Origin: Longimicrobiales bacterium
Lineage (GTDB): Bacteria > Gemmatimonadota > Gemmatimonadetes > Longimicrobiales > RSA9
Length of the DNA stretch: 64,000 nucleotides
Direction of reading: 5' to 3'
Assembly (NCBI GenBank): GCA_035512635.1
Contig: DATKDR010000098.1
Span: 26,273-90,272 of the forward strand
Shown here: piece after piece, positions 27,850 through 37,681 of the stretch
How positions within the stretch are numbered: the first letter of the stretch is position 1
How the letters are laid out: every line of letters begins with the position of its first letter
Program-made: the position numbers and the translations under genes
Notes under the pieces: model-generated
What the model was told of the DNA's origin: nothing
The model's database searches: none
The model's input: only the letters and a program-made list of their open reading frames with translations

Positions 27850-30536
27850 CGCGTTTCCCCGCTGGCGCCGTCGACTGGATTCCGTTCCGAAGCGGACGGG
27901 CTGTCGCCGACCGCTTCCGCGCGCAGCGATGCGAGCAGCGCGATCGCTTCCAGCGGGGTGATACGGTTCGGGTCCAGCTCCCGCAAGCGACGGACGAGCG
28001 CGGAGTCGGCCGCCGGAAAGAGCATGAGCTGATCGGTCGCGGCGGCCGCGGGTCGCCGAGCTCCGACTCGGCCGAGGCCGCGTCCGCCCGCGGTGTGCGC
28101 GCCCTCCAGCTCGGCGAGGATCTCCCGCGCGCGCGCGACGACATCCCGGGGCAGACCGGCCAGACGCCCGACCTCGATGCCGTACGACCGGTCCGCGCCG
28201 CCCGGCTCGAGCCGTCGCAGGAAGACGATGTCGTCGCCCGACTCGCGGATCGACACGTTGAAGTTGACGACTGCGTCGAGCTGATCTGCGAGCTGCGTCA
28301 GCTCGTGGTAGTGCGTGGCGAAGACGACCTTCGCGCGCACCCGTTCATGCAGATGCTCGGTGACCGCCCAGGCGATGCTCACGCCGTCGAACGTGGCGGT
28401 GCCGCGGCCGATCTCGTCCAGCAGCACGAGCGACTGCTGCGTCGCGCCATGGAGGATCGACGCGGTCTCGTTCATCTCGACCATGAACGTCGACTGGCCG
28501 CGCACCAGGTTGTCCGACGCGCCCACGCGCGTGAAAATGCGATCCGCGACCGGCAGCTTCGCGCGCGTCGCGGGCACGAACGACCCGACCTGCGCGAGCA
28601 GCTGGATCAACCCGACCTGGCGCAGCAGCGTCGATTTGCCCGCCATGTTCGGACCGGTCAGGATCATCACGCGCGCGTCCTCGGCGAGCACGACGTCGTT
28701 CGGGATGAAGTCCTCGCGCTGCATCATCGTCTCGACGACGGGATGCCGGCCGCCGCGGATGTCGAGCGCGTAGCCGGTGTGCACGTCCGGGCAGACGTAC
28801 CCGCGCCGTTCCGCGAGCTCCGCGAGGCCGACCAGCACGTCGAGCTGTGCCACCCGATCCGCGCTCGCCTGGATGCGACCCACCTCGAGCGCGATCGACT
28901 GGCGCAGCTCCGCGAACAGCGCGGCCTCGCGCGTCGCGATGCGCTCCTCCGCGCCCAGTACCTTCTCCTCCCACTGCTTCAGCTCGGGCGTGAAGTAGCG
29001 CTCGCCGTTCGCCAGTGTCTGCTTGCGCACGTAATCGTCCGGCACCTTCGCCGAGTGCGCGCGCGTCACCTCGAGGTAGTAACCGAACACGCGATTGAAG
29101 CCGACCTTGAGCGACGGGATGCCCGTGCGCTCGCGCTCGCGCGTCTGGAGCCCCGCGATGAAGTCGACCGCGCCGTCGCGCATGCCGCGCAGCTCGTCCA
29201 GCTCCGCGTCCCAGCCCTGCCGGATGGCGCCGCCGTCGCCCAGCGTCGCGGGCGGCTCGTCGGCGAGCGCGCGCTCGATCCGCGCGCGCACGTCGTCCAG
29301 CGGATCGAGCGCATCACGCAGCGCGGCGAGCAGCGGGGACGCCGCTTCCGTGAGCGCGTCGCGCAGCGCCGGCAGCTGCGCCAGCGAAGCGCGCAGCGCG
29401 CCGACCTCGCGCGGCGTCACGCGCCCCGCCGCGACCTTGCCGGCCAGGCGCTCGAGATCGCGGATCGGCTTGAGCTCCGCGCGCAGAGCGCGCCGCGTCG
29501 GCGCCCCGTCGACCAGCTCCGCGACCGCCTCCTGCCGCCGCCAGATCGGCTCCGGCACTACGAGCGGCGCGAGCAGCCAGCGCCGCAGCAGCCGCGCGCC
29601 CATCGGCGTCACGGTCTCGTCGATGACGCCGAGCAACGTGGACGGCCGCGCGTCGGGACCCGTCAGATCCGGCCGCAGCGGCTCCGTCAGCTCGAGATTG
29701 CGCCGCGTCATCTCGTCGAGCGCCATCGACTCGCCCGGCCGCTCGATCCGCGGAGGCCGCAGCGACCGCAGCGCCACCGGCTGCACTTCGGCGAGGTAGG
29801 TGAGTAGCGCCCCGAGGGCGCACAGTCCCGCCGCATCCGCGGACTCGAAGCCGAAGCCGACCGGCGAGTGCACGTGGTAGCGGCGCAGCACCTCGCCCTG
29901 CGCGTGCGACAGGTCGAACAACCAGTCCGGCCGATGCGTCACGCTCGCCCCCTCGATCGGCAGCGCGCGACCCTCCCACGACGCCGGCACGAGCAGCTCC
30001 GCCGGCTCGAGCTTCGCCAGCTCCGCTTCGATCCCCTCACCGGCGTCCGGAATCACGACGACCTCGCCCGTCGAAGCATCGACCGCCGCGATCGCCCATC
30101 CAGATCCCGCTCCCGCTCCCGCTCCCGGTCCGTTGGCCGCCCACAGCGCGACCAGAAAGTTGTTCCGTCGATCGCTCAGCAGCGCGTCGGACAACACGGC
30201 CCCCGGCGTGATCGTCTCGACAACTTCACGCCGCACGAGCCCCTTCGCCTCCGACGCCTCCTCCATCTGCTCGCAGACGGCGACGCGGCGACCGAGGCGC
30301 ACCAGCCGCTCGAGGTACTCGTCGCGCGCGCGGACCGGCACGCCCGCGAGCGGAACCGCCGCCGCCGCGCCGTTGTTGCGCGAGGTCAGCGTGAGGCCGA
30401 GCAGACGCGCGCCCTCCTCGGCGTCCTCGTAGAACATCTCGTAGAAATCGCCCACGCGGAAAAAAACGAGCGCGTCCGGATGGCGCGCCTTCGCTTCGCG
30501 CCACTGCTGCATCAGCGGTGTGTCGGTGCCGGCCAT
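27846..30536 (-). CDS. mutS: DNA mismatch repair protein MutS
   Basis: TPLMQQWREAKARHPDALVFFRVGDFYEMFYEDA, Walker A GPNMAGKST, and DEIGRGT. Confidence 0.95.
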   Translation of the reverse strand: MAGTDTPLMQQWREAKARHPDALVFFRVGDFYEMFYEDAEEGARLLGLTLTSRNNGAAAAVPLAGVPVRARDEYLERLVRLGRRVAVCEQMEEASEAKGLVRREVVETITPGAVLSDALLSDRRNNFLVALWAANGPGAGAGAGSGWAIAAVDASTGEVVVIPDAGEGIEAELAKLEPAELLVPASWEGRALPIEGASVTHRPDWLFDLSHAQGEVLRRYHVHSPVGFGFESADAAGLCALGALLTYLAEVQPVALRSLRPPRIERPGESMALDEMTRRNLELTEPLRPDLTGPDARPSTLLGVIDETVTPMGARLLRRWLLAPLVVPEPIWRRQEAVAELVDGAPTRRALRAELKPIRDLERLAGKVAAGRVTPREVGALRASLAQLPALRDALTEAASPLLAALRDALDPLDDVRARIERALADEPPATLGDGGAIRQGWDAELDELRGMRDGAVDFIAGLQTRERERTGIPSLKVGFNRVFGYYLEVTRAHSAKVPDDYVRKQTLANGERYFTPELKQWEEKVLGAEERIATREAALFAELRQSIALEVGRIQASADRVAQLDVLVGLAELAERRGYVCPDVHTGYALDIRGGRHPVVETMMQREDFIPNDVVLAEDARVMILTGPNMAGKSTLLRQVGLIQLLAQVGSFVPATRAKLPVADRIFTRVGASDNLVRGQSTFMVEMNETASILHGATQQSLVLLDEIGRGTATFDGVSIAWAVTEHLHERVRAKVVFATHYHELTQLADQLDAVVNFNVSIRESGDDIVFLRRLEPGGADRSYGIEVGRLAGLPRDVVARAREILAELEGAHTAGGRGLGRVGARRPAAAATDQLMLFPAADSALVRRLRELDPNRITPLEAIALLASLRAEAVGDSPSASERNPVDGASGETR

Positions 30537-30834
30537 GCGTCCTGCGCGAGTTGGGTGCTGCGGTGACCGCTGAGAATAGCCTTTCGGTCCTGCTCAGCCA
30601 ACGGGCGGCCGTTCACGGTCCGCCGGGAATGCCGCCATCGCCTGGGACCGACTTCGGGCGCCCCAAGAACGCCTGCGAGAAGCCGCGCGCGCGATGGGCT
30701 TCGCGACACTGGAGCTGGAGTAGGCAGCGGCGCACCGCGAGCGGTCGGTCGGCATTCCTGAACGTGAACGTTCGACGTGAACGTGAAGGCAGTTGAAGTG
30801 CCCGTTCCTGGCACATCCCCGGACACATCCTCTC

Positions 30835-30849
30835 TGGCACGTCCTCTGC
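30835..30849 (+). promoter_or_regulatory. candidate sigma54 (-24/-12) promoter
   Basis: TGGCACGTCCTCTGC has GG and GC at the canonical spacing (consensus TGGCACG-N4-TTGC), ~45 nt upstream of the ATG at 30894. Confidence 0.3.
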
Positions 30850-30893
30850 CCATCGCCGTTCGCCCAGCGATTCACGCCGACCACACGGACTCG

Positions 30894-31712
30894 ATGCGCC
30901 ATCTCATCGCTCCAGCACTGCTGCTCCTCGGCGCCTGCGCCTCCGGCGGTCCGCCGGCCGGTCCCGCCGCTCCCGGCGTCCCGGAAGGCCCCGCCGTCGA
31001 GTACCGCGGCGTGCCCGGCTTCGATACGCGCGATTATCCCGGCGACGGCGTGATGGCGCGCTGGCGCGAGCACTCGCCCTATCGCTGGGTCGGCTATTAC
31101 CTGCCCGCGCCGTGCTATACGGGCACCTCGTGGGTCGGCAAGCGGGGCGTGCTGGAGGACCTCGAGTGGGGCCTCGCGGTGCTGTACGTCGGCGAGCAGG
31201 ACTGGCGCGCGATGGGGACGCCACCGGAGATGACGGATTCCGCGGCCGCCGCGAACCCGCGCTGCGCGAGCGCGAACCTGACCCGCGGCAACGGACAGGC
31301 GCACGCGCGGGACGCCGCCGCTCAGGCGGAAGCCGAGGGTTTCCCGCCCGGCACGGTGATTTATCTCGATGTCGAGCGAGTCGACGAGGTGTCTCCGGAG
31401 CTCGAGGCGTACGTCGGTGGCTGGATCGACGGGCTGCTCGAGGACGCGCGCTACCTGGCCGGCCTGTACGCGCACCAGCGCAATGCCACCGCGCTGATGG
31501 ACGTCGCGCGCGCCGCCTACCAGGAGCGTGCGCGCCTCGGCGGCCCGCGCCTCTGGGTCGCGTCGTCCGAGGGCTTCGACGTCACCGCGCATCCTTCCGA
31601 GTCCGGCTTCACGGGCGCCACCATCTGGCAGGGCGCCTTCGACCGCCGGGAGCGGTGGGGCGACGTCACGCTCAGGATCGACGTGAACGTCGCCGAGGCG
31701 GGGCTGTACTAG
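30894..31712 (+). CDS. DUF1906 (Rv2525c-like glycoside-hydrolase-like) lipoprotein
   Basis: The ATG at 30894 gives MRHLIAPALLLLGAC. GFDTRDYPGDGVMARWREHSPYRWVGYYL and IYLDVE resemble DUF1906. Confidence 0.6.
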   Translation: MRHLIAPALLLLGACASGGPPAGPAAPGVPEGPAVEYRGVPGFDTRDYPGDGVMARWREHSPYRWVGYYLPAPCYTGTSWVGKRGVLEDLEWGLAVLYVGEQDWRAMGTPPEMTDSAAAANPRCASANLTRGNGQAHARDAAAQAEAEGFPPGTVIYLDVERVDEVSPELEAYVGGWIDGLLEDARYLAGLYAHQRNATALMDVARAAYQERARLGGPRLWVASSEGFDVTAHPSESGFTGATIWQGAFDRRERWGDVTLRIDVNVAEAGLY

Positions 31713-31800
31713 GCTCTAGGCTCTAGGCTCTAGGCTCTAGGCGTCGTTGTGGCATTTGCTAGAGCCTAATGCCTAGCGCCTAGTGCCCAGGTGCCTAGTG
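31710..31800. repeat. heptamer array H5: (TAGGCTC)x5, spacer, (CTAGNGC)x6 inverted arm
   Basis: The stop codon at 31710-31712 is the first unit. taggctctag (31731-31740) is the exact complement of ctagagccta (31759-31768). Confidence 0.9.
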
Positions 31801-31865
31801 ACCAACACCTGTTTTCCGCCTATCTTCAGGCCGCCAAACGCATTCGAACGCCCGGACGAGATTTC

Positions 31866-34679
31866 GTGCTGAACTTCGATGAGCTGGACGGCGGCGCCAT
31901 CAACGCCGCCTACATCCAGGAGCTGTACGAGCTGTACCGCTCTGATCCCGCCTCGGTCGACGAGGCGTGGCGCCGCATCTTCGCCGCCGAGGACGCCGCC
32001 GACGGGGTGGCCGCACCGGACGGTGACCGACCGGGTGCCCCAGCCGGCCCACCGGATACCGGCTACCAGCTAGCGGGTACCGCGTATCCCGATCGCCGCG
32101 CCGACGACGCCTCGATCAAGGCCGCCAAGTGCGCCGCGGAGCTGGTCGAGGCCTACCGGCTGAACGGTCATTACGCGGCCGACCTCGACCCGCTCGGCAA
32201 TCCGCGTCCCGGCCATCCCACGCTGGAGCCGAAGTTCCACGGCCTGACCGACGAGGACATGGCCTCGGGTCCGTCGGCCGACCTGTGCGGCGAGACGATC
32301 GCGTGGCTGCGCCAGGTCTACACCGGCACGATCGGCTACGAGTTCGAGCACCTCGAGTATCCCGAGCGCTCGGAGTGGATCCGCGATCAGATCGAGAATG
32401 GCCGGCACCTGCGTGAGCTGTCCGCGGACGAGAAGCGGCGCCTGCTGCGCCGGCTGACGGAGGTCGAGGGACTCGAGCAGTTCCTGCACAAGTCGTATCT
32501 CGGCGCGAAACGCTTCTCCGTCGAGGGCAACGACATGCTGGTGCCGATGCTGGACCTCGCCATCGAGCGGGCCGCGCAGGCGGGCGCGCGCGAGGTCGTG
32601 CTCGGCATGGCGCACCGCGGACGGTTGAACGTGCTCGCGCACGTGCTCGGCCGGCCCTACCCGATGCTGATCGGCGAATTCGAGGGGCGGCATGCGTTCT
32701 CCGGCGGCACCGGCGACGTGAAGTACCACCTGGGCGCCGAGGGCACGTACGCGACTGCGTCCGGCGATCCCCTCACGGTGACGCTCGCGCCCAATCCGAG
32801 CCATCTCGAGTTCGTCGGCGCCGTCGTCGTCGGCATCGCGCGCGCGAAGCAGTCGGACCGCACGCAGCCGGAGCTGCGCCGCGACAATGAGCTGGTGCTG
32901 CCAGTGCTGATCCACGGCGACGCCGCGTTCATCGGCCAAGGGGTCGTACCCGAGACGTTCAATCTGGCGGAGCTGAGGGGCTACACGACGGGCGGCTCGC
33001 TGCACGTCATCGTCAACAACCAGATCGGCTTCACCACGCTGCCGTCGGACGCGCGCTCGACGCATTACTCGAGCGACCTCGCGCGCGGCTTCGACGTGCC
33101 GATCTTCCACGTGAATGCCGACGATCCCGAAGCGTGCCTTGCCGTCGTCCGACTCGCGCTCGCGTACCGCGAGAAGTTCCACGGCGACGTGGTCATCGAC
33201 CTGATCGGCTACCGCCGGTACGGGCACAACGAGGGCGACGAGCCGGCGTACACGCAGCCGCGCATGTACGAGGCGGTCGCCGAGCATACGCGCGTGCGCG
33301 AGCTGTGGATCGAAAAGCTCGTCGCCGACGGCGTCGCGTCGAAGGAGGACGCCCAGGCCGAGTGGGACTCGGTCTATCAGCGCCTGATCGACGCGCAGGA
33401 CGAGGTGCAGCAGGAAATCCAGGCGGAGTCCGACGAGGAGAAGGCGCCGCACACGATGCCGCCGGTGACCGAAGCGACGCCGCGTCCACCCGTGGACAGC
33501 AGCGTCGAGCCGGAGCTGCTGCGCGACCTCGACCGGCAGGTGCACAGCTGGCCGGACGATTTCGAGCCGAACCCGAAGCTGTCACGCCAGCTGCGGAAGC
33601 GCGCCGAGGCGGTGCCGGAAGGACGGCCGCTCGACTGGGCCCACGCCGAAGCCCTCGCCTTCGCGTCCCTCCTCGCGGAGGGCACGCCGATCCGGCTCAC
33701 CGGTCAGGACACGGAGCGCGGCACGTTCTCGCAGCGTCACCTCGTGCTGCATGACACGGAGAGCGGCGAGAGCTGGACGCCGCTCGCGCACCTGAAACAG
33801 GCGGGCGCCTCGTTCGAGATCTACAACAGTCCGCTCTCCGAGATGGCCTGTGTCGGCTTCGAGTACGGGTATACGACGGCCGCTCCCGAGACGCTCGTCC
33901 TGTGGGAAGCGCAGTTCGGCGACTTCGTGAACGGCGCGCAGGTCATCATCGATCAGTTCATGAGCGCCGGCCGCGCGAAATGGGGCCAGGACTCGAGCCT
34001 CGTGCTGTTGCTGCCGCACGGCTTCGAGGGCCAGGGACCGGAGCACTCCAGCGCGCGCATCGAGCGCTTCCTCCAGCTCTGCGCCGAGGACAACTTCCGC
34101 GTCGCCGACTGCACCACGCCGGCGCAGTACTTCCACCTGCTGCGCCGCCAGGCCAAGCTCGCGGACCGGCGCCCGCTCATCGTCTTCACGCCCAAGAGCC
34201 TGCTGCGCAATCCCCGCGCGACCTCCTCGTTCGACGAGCTGGCGAGCGGCACGTTCCACCCGGTGCTGCCGGACGCGAGCATGGCCGACAGCCGCGGTCG
34301 CGTCACGCGACTGGTCCTGTGCACCGGCAAGGTCTACTACGACCTGAGCGCCTCGGACGCGCGCGAGCGGAACGGGCACGTCGCCGTCGCCCGCGTCGAG
34401 CAGCTCTATCCCTTCCCCGCCCAGGAGATCGCCGCCCTGGTCGCGGACCACCCCGCGCTCGAGGAAGTCGTCTGGGCGCAGGAGGAGCCGCGCAACATGG
34501 GCGCGTGGCCCTTCGCCGAGCGCCGCCTCCGTGACGCCATCGGCGAGCTCCCGCTCCGCTACGTCGGCCGCCCCGAGCGGGCCAGCCCGGCCGAGGGCTT
34601 CGGCGACGTGCACGAAGCCGAGCAGAAGCGTATCGTTGAGGAGGCGCTCGCAGCCGGACGAAGCGTCGGTAGACCGTAG
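31866..34679 (+). CDS. sucA: 2-oxoglutarate dehydrogenase E1 component
   Basis: INAAYIQELYELY N-terminus, GMAHRGRLNVL, and full-length E1o similarity. Start uncertain: GTG at 31866 is chosen because the track ORF start (31791) lies inside array H5. Confidence 0.9.
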   Translation: MLNFDELDGGAINAAYIQELYELYRSDPASVDEAWRRIFAAEDAADGVAAPDGDRPGAPAGPPDTGYQLAGTAYPDRRADDASIKAAKCAAELVEAYRLNGHYAADLDPLGNPRPGHPTLEPKFHGLTDEDMASGPSADLCGETIAWLRQVYTGTIGYEFEHLEYPERSEWIRDQIENGRHLRELSADEKRRLLRRLTEVEGLEQFLHKSYLGAKRFSVEGNDMLVPMLDLAIERAAQAGAREVVLGMAHRGRLNVLAHVLGRPYPMLIGEFEGRHAFSGGTGDVKYHLGAEGTYATASGDPLTVTLAPNPSHLEFVGAVVVGIARAKQSDRTQPELRRDNELVLPVLIHGDAAFIGQGVVPETFNLAELRGYTTGGSLHVIVNNQIGFTTLPSDARSTHYSSDLARGFDVPIFHVNADDPEACLAVVRLALAYREKFHGDVVIDLIGYRRYGHNEGDEPAYTQPRMYEAVAEHTRVRELWIEKLVADGVASKEDAQAEWDSVYQRLIDAQDEVQQEIQAESDEEKAPHTMPPVTEATPRPPVDSSVEPELLRDLDRQVHSWPDDFEPNPKLSRQLRKRAEAVPEGRPLDWAHAEALAFASLLAEGTPIRLTGQDTERGTFSQRHLVLHDTESGESWTPLAHLKQAGASFEIYNSPLSEMACVGFEYGYTTAAPETLVLWEAQFGDFVNGAQVIIDQFMSAGRAKWGQDSSLVLLLPHGFEGQGPEHSSARIERFLQLCAEDNFRVADCTTPAQYFHLLRRQAKLADRRPLIVFTPKSLLRNPRATSSFDELASGTFHPVLPDASMADSRGRVTRLVLCTGKVYYDLSASDARERNGHVAVARVEQLYPFPAQEIAALVADHPALEEVVWAQEEPRNMGAWPFAERRLRDAIGELPLRYVGRPERASPAEGFGDVHEAEQKRIVEEALAAGRSVGRP

Positions 34680-34750
34680 GCCGTGAATCCATATACGGTA
34701 TACGGTAGACGGTATACGATATACCGATTACCGATTACCGATTACCGATC
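34667..34750. repeat. heptamer array H6 (ACGGTAT / ACCGATT units, 12 units)
   Basis: Single register from 34667 to 34750. It covers the sucA stop (34677-34679) and ends 4 nt before the AGGGAG RBS of the next gene. Confidence 0.9.
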
Positions 34751-34765
34751 AAACAGGGAGTGCAC

Positions 34766-34948
34766 ATGTCGTCATTCGGCATCTACCAGATCGGCTTCAT
34801 CGTCTTCATCATCGGAGTTGCGATCGGCGCGTACCTGCTCGGCGCGCCGCCCCTGTGGATCGCCGTGGGCGCCATCATTCTGATCGGCATCGGCATCCTG
34901 ACCGGCGTCTCGCGCACCAAGCGACAGGACCCGCCGGCACAGCCCTGA
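34766..34948 (+). CDS. small two-TM membrane protein (60 aa)
   Basis: ATG at 34766, 5 nt after AGGGAG. MSSFGIYQIGFIVFIIGVAIGAYLLGAPPLWIAVGAIILIGIGILTG. Confidence 0.6.
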   Translation: MSSFGIYQIGFIVFIIGVAIGAYLLGAPPLWIAVGAIILIGIGILTGVSRTKRQDPPAQP

Positions 34949-35070
34949 GCATCACTACCGCGTCGCCAGGCGATCGAAAGTTCGTGGCGGCGCGCTGACT
35001 CCGACGTATCGTTGCGGAGACACTCGCAGCCGGACGAACAGCGCAGGAGTCGGAAGGCGTAACCGGAGGT

Positions 35071-35107
35071 CGTATACCGTATACTGCCTACCGTATACGG
35101 ATACGGT
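35071..35107. repeat. heptamer array H7 (CGTATAC units)
   Basis: cgtatac cgtatac tgcctac cgtatac ggatacg. Contains the palindrome ccgtatacgg. Confidence 0.75.
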
Positions 35108-35157
35108 TTAGCCCCCTCGCAACTCGACATTCCCCGGACAACCAGGAAGCCACCACC

Positions 35158-35709
35158 ATGAGCTGGCTGATCCTCGCCGTCATCGTCGCGATCGCGGTAG
35201 CGGTCATCGCGATCTACAACGCGCTCGTGCGGCTGCGCGTGCTCGCGAACAATGCGTGGTCGGACATCGACGTGCAGCTCAAGCGGCGCTACGACCTGAT
35301 CCCGAACCTGGTCGAGACGGTGAAGGGCTACGCCGGTCACGAGCGCGACACGCTCGAGTCGGTGACGCGGGCGCGGCAGCAGGCCGTCGAGCTGCGCGGC
35401 GGCACGCCGGAACAGCGCGCGCAGGCGGAGAACATGCTGACCCAGACGCTGCGCTCCCTGTTCGCGGTGTCGGAGGCGTACCCGGAGCTGCGGGCGAACG
35501 AAAACTTCCGCGACCTCCAGCAGACGCTGAACAGCCTGGAGGACGCGATCCAGAACGCGCGCCGCTACTACAACGCGGTGGTGCGCGACTACAACACGAA
35601 GATCGACGTATTCCCCTCGAACATCGTCGCGAACGCCTTCAGCTTCCGGCACCGGGAGTTCTTCGAGGTGACGGAGCCGGAGCGCGTGACCCCGCGCGTG
35701 CAGTTCTGA
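35158..35709 (+). CDS. lemA: LemA family protein
   Basis: N-terminal TM helix, YNALVRLRVLANNAWSDIDVQLKRRYDLIPNLVETVKGYAGHE. Confidence 0.9.
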   Translation: MSWLILAVIVAIAVAVIAIYNALVRLRVLANNAWSDIDVQLKRRYDLIPNLVETVKGYAGHERDTLESVTRARQQAVELRGGTPEQRAQAENMLTQTLRSLFAVSEAYPELRANENFRDLQQTLNSLEDAIQNARRYYNAVVRDYNTKIDVFPSNIVANAFSFRHREFFEVTEPERVTPRVQF

Positions 35710-35710
35710 C

Positions 35711-37600
35711 ATGAGCTTCAGCCTGTCGACAACGCTCGAACCCCGGAAAATCCTCTTTCTGGGGGTGTTCTTCGGCCTCTCGTGGCTCGCGGCGCTGGTG
35801 GAGACGTCGGAGCAGAGTCCGCCGCGGCTGGACCTGCTCGAGCAGTCCACTGCGGCGAGCGGCGCGGCCGGCGCGCAGACCGGGCTCGCGGCCGAGCCCG
35901 CGGAAGACATCTGCGACATGCGCCCGGGTACTCGCGCGGTATGTTTCCAGCGCGTCGCCGCCGAATACAACATCCTGCGCAGCGGCGACGTCATGGTGAC
36001 GGAGAGCCTGACGGTTCGCTTCGCCGGCCAGTGGAACGGCGTCGAGCGGACGCTGCGCGAGCGCGCGACGGCGCACGACCTGCGACCCGCGAGCGAGCGT
36101 GACGGAGCCGCGAGCACCGGCTACCGCCACGTCGACATCGATGTGCTCGGCGCGACGGATGCCGCCGGCAACGAGCTGCGTACGGAAACGGAAGCGAACG
36201 GCAACGCGATCGCCGTCCGCGTGTGGGTGCCAGGCGCGAACAACGTCACGCGCACCGTCGTGCTGCGCTATCGCATCTCGGACGGCGTCACCTTCTTCCA
36301 CGAGCACGACGAGTTCTACTGGAACGTGTGGGGCAGCGAGTCCACCGCGCGCGTCGCCGGTGTGACTACGCGCATCATTCCGCCGGAAGGCACGACGGGG
36401 CTGCGGACGACTGCGTTCGCGGGCGCCGCGGGATCGGCGGAGCGCAACGCCGTGGCGCGGATCGAAGGCCCGGTCGCCGTGGCCTCGACCACGGCGCCGC
36501 TCGGACCCGGCCTCGGCTTCACGGTCGCGGTGGGCTGGGATGCGGGCATCGTCGAGCGTCCGGCCCCGACCGAAGCTCTGTTCGACTGGCTCAGACTCTA
36601 CGGGAGCTTCGCGCTGCCGTTCCTGGCGCTGGGCATCATGTGGTCGATGTGGAAGCGACGCGGGAAGGATCCGGCGATGCTGCCGATCGTGACGCGCTAC
36701 CAGCCGCCGACGGATCTGACGCCCGGCGAGGTCGGCACGCTGCTCGACGAGCGCGCCGATATGCGCGACGTGACGGCGACGCTCGTCGACCTCGCCGTGC
36801 ACGGCCATCTCCGTATCGAGGAGACGGAGGGAAGGAAGATCCTCGGCATGGAATTCGGCGAGGATTACCGCTTCGTGCGGGTCACGCAGCTCGGCGCCGG
36901 CCCGACGCGCAGCCACGAGCTGATGCTGATGAACGCGCTCTTCCGCGGCCGCGATCAGGTGGACCTCTCCGACCTGAAGAACGAGTTCTACAAGGACCTG
37001 CCGGACATCCGCGAGGCGATGATGGACAGTCTCACGGCGCATGGCGTCTACACGCGTCGGCCCGATCGCATACGTGGCGGGTGGGTGGTGGGTGCGTTCC
37101 TCTCCCTTTTCGTCGTCTCACCCGCGCTGGTGGCAGCGCACGCGGCGCTCGTGGCGATCATGATGGTGCCCGTGCTGACCGCGCTGCCGATCGGGATCTT
37201 CGGCTGGCTCATGCCCGCACGGACCGTGAAGGGCACGCGGATCATCGAGCGTCTGCGCGGCTTCCGCGAGTTCCTGAGCCGCGTCGACGGCGACCGCCTG
37301 CGACGCATGAAGATCGATCCATCGGATTTCGAGCGAATCCTCCCCTTCGCCATGGCGATGAGCGTGGAGAAGCAGTGGGGCGAGGCGTTCGAGGGGCTCG
37401 CGCAGGAGCCGCCGCGCTGGTACCACTCCACCAGCGGCGGGCGCTTTCATCCCGGCCTCTTCGCCTCCAATCTGAGCCGCATGTCGACCGCGACCGCGCA
37501 GACCATGGTGTCGGCGCCCGGGGGCTCCGGAGGCTCGGGTTTCGGCGGCGGCGGCAGCGTCGGCGGAGGCGGAGGCGGAGGCGGTGGCGGCGGCTTCTGA
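35711..37600 (+). CDS. DUF2207 membrane protein (LemA partner)
   Basis: Typical architecture: N-terminal extracytoplasmic domain, several TM helices, and a Gly-rich tail GGSGGSGFGGGGSVGGGGGGGGGGGF. Starts 2 nt after lemA. Confidence 0.8.
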   Translation: MSFSLSTTLEPRKILFLGVFFGLSWLAALVETSEQSPPRLDLLEQSTAASGAAGAQTGLAAEPAEDICDMRPGTRAVCFQRVAAEYNILRSGDVMVTESLTVRFAGQWNGVERTLRERATAHDLRPASERDGAASTGYRHVDIDVLGATDAAGNELRTETEANGNAIAVRVWVPGANNVTRTVVLRYRISDGVTFFHEHDEFYWNVWGSESTARVAGVTTRIIPPEGTTGLRTTAFAGAAGSAERNAVARIEGPVAVASTTAPLGPGLGFTVAVGWDAGIVERPAPTEALFDWLRLYGSFALPFLALGIMWSMWKRRGKDPAMLPIVTRYQPPTDLTPGEVGTLLDERADMRDVTATLVDLAVHGHLRIEETEGRKILGMEFGEDYRFVRVTQLGAGPTRSHELMLMNALFRGRDQVDLSDLKNEFYKDLPDIREAMMDSLTAHGVYTRRPDRIRGGWVVGAFLSLFVVSPALVAAHAALVAIMMVPVLTALPIGIFGWLMPARTVKGTRIIERLRGFREFLSRVDGDRLRRMKIDPSDFERILPFAMAMSVEKQWGEAFEGLAQEPPRWYHSTSGGRFHPGLFASNLSRMSTATAQTMVSAPGGSGGSGFGGGGSVGGGGGGGGGGGF

Positions 37601-37681
37601 CGGCGGCGGGACCCCTGGAACCTGTATGTATGGAGGGGTAGGAACCGCCGAACGTTCCGGACTCGAACCACGCGGAGGAAT

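Noticed and set aside
30541-30760. Possible structured ncRNA or riboswitch in the long mutS upstream spacer
   Set aside because: Only short local stems (GCTGAG..CTCAGC) could be drawn, and I recognised no known riboswitch or sRNA consensus. It cannot be supported without covariance or Rfam analysis.
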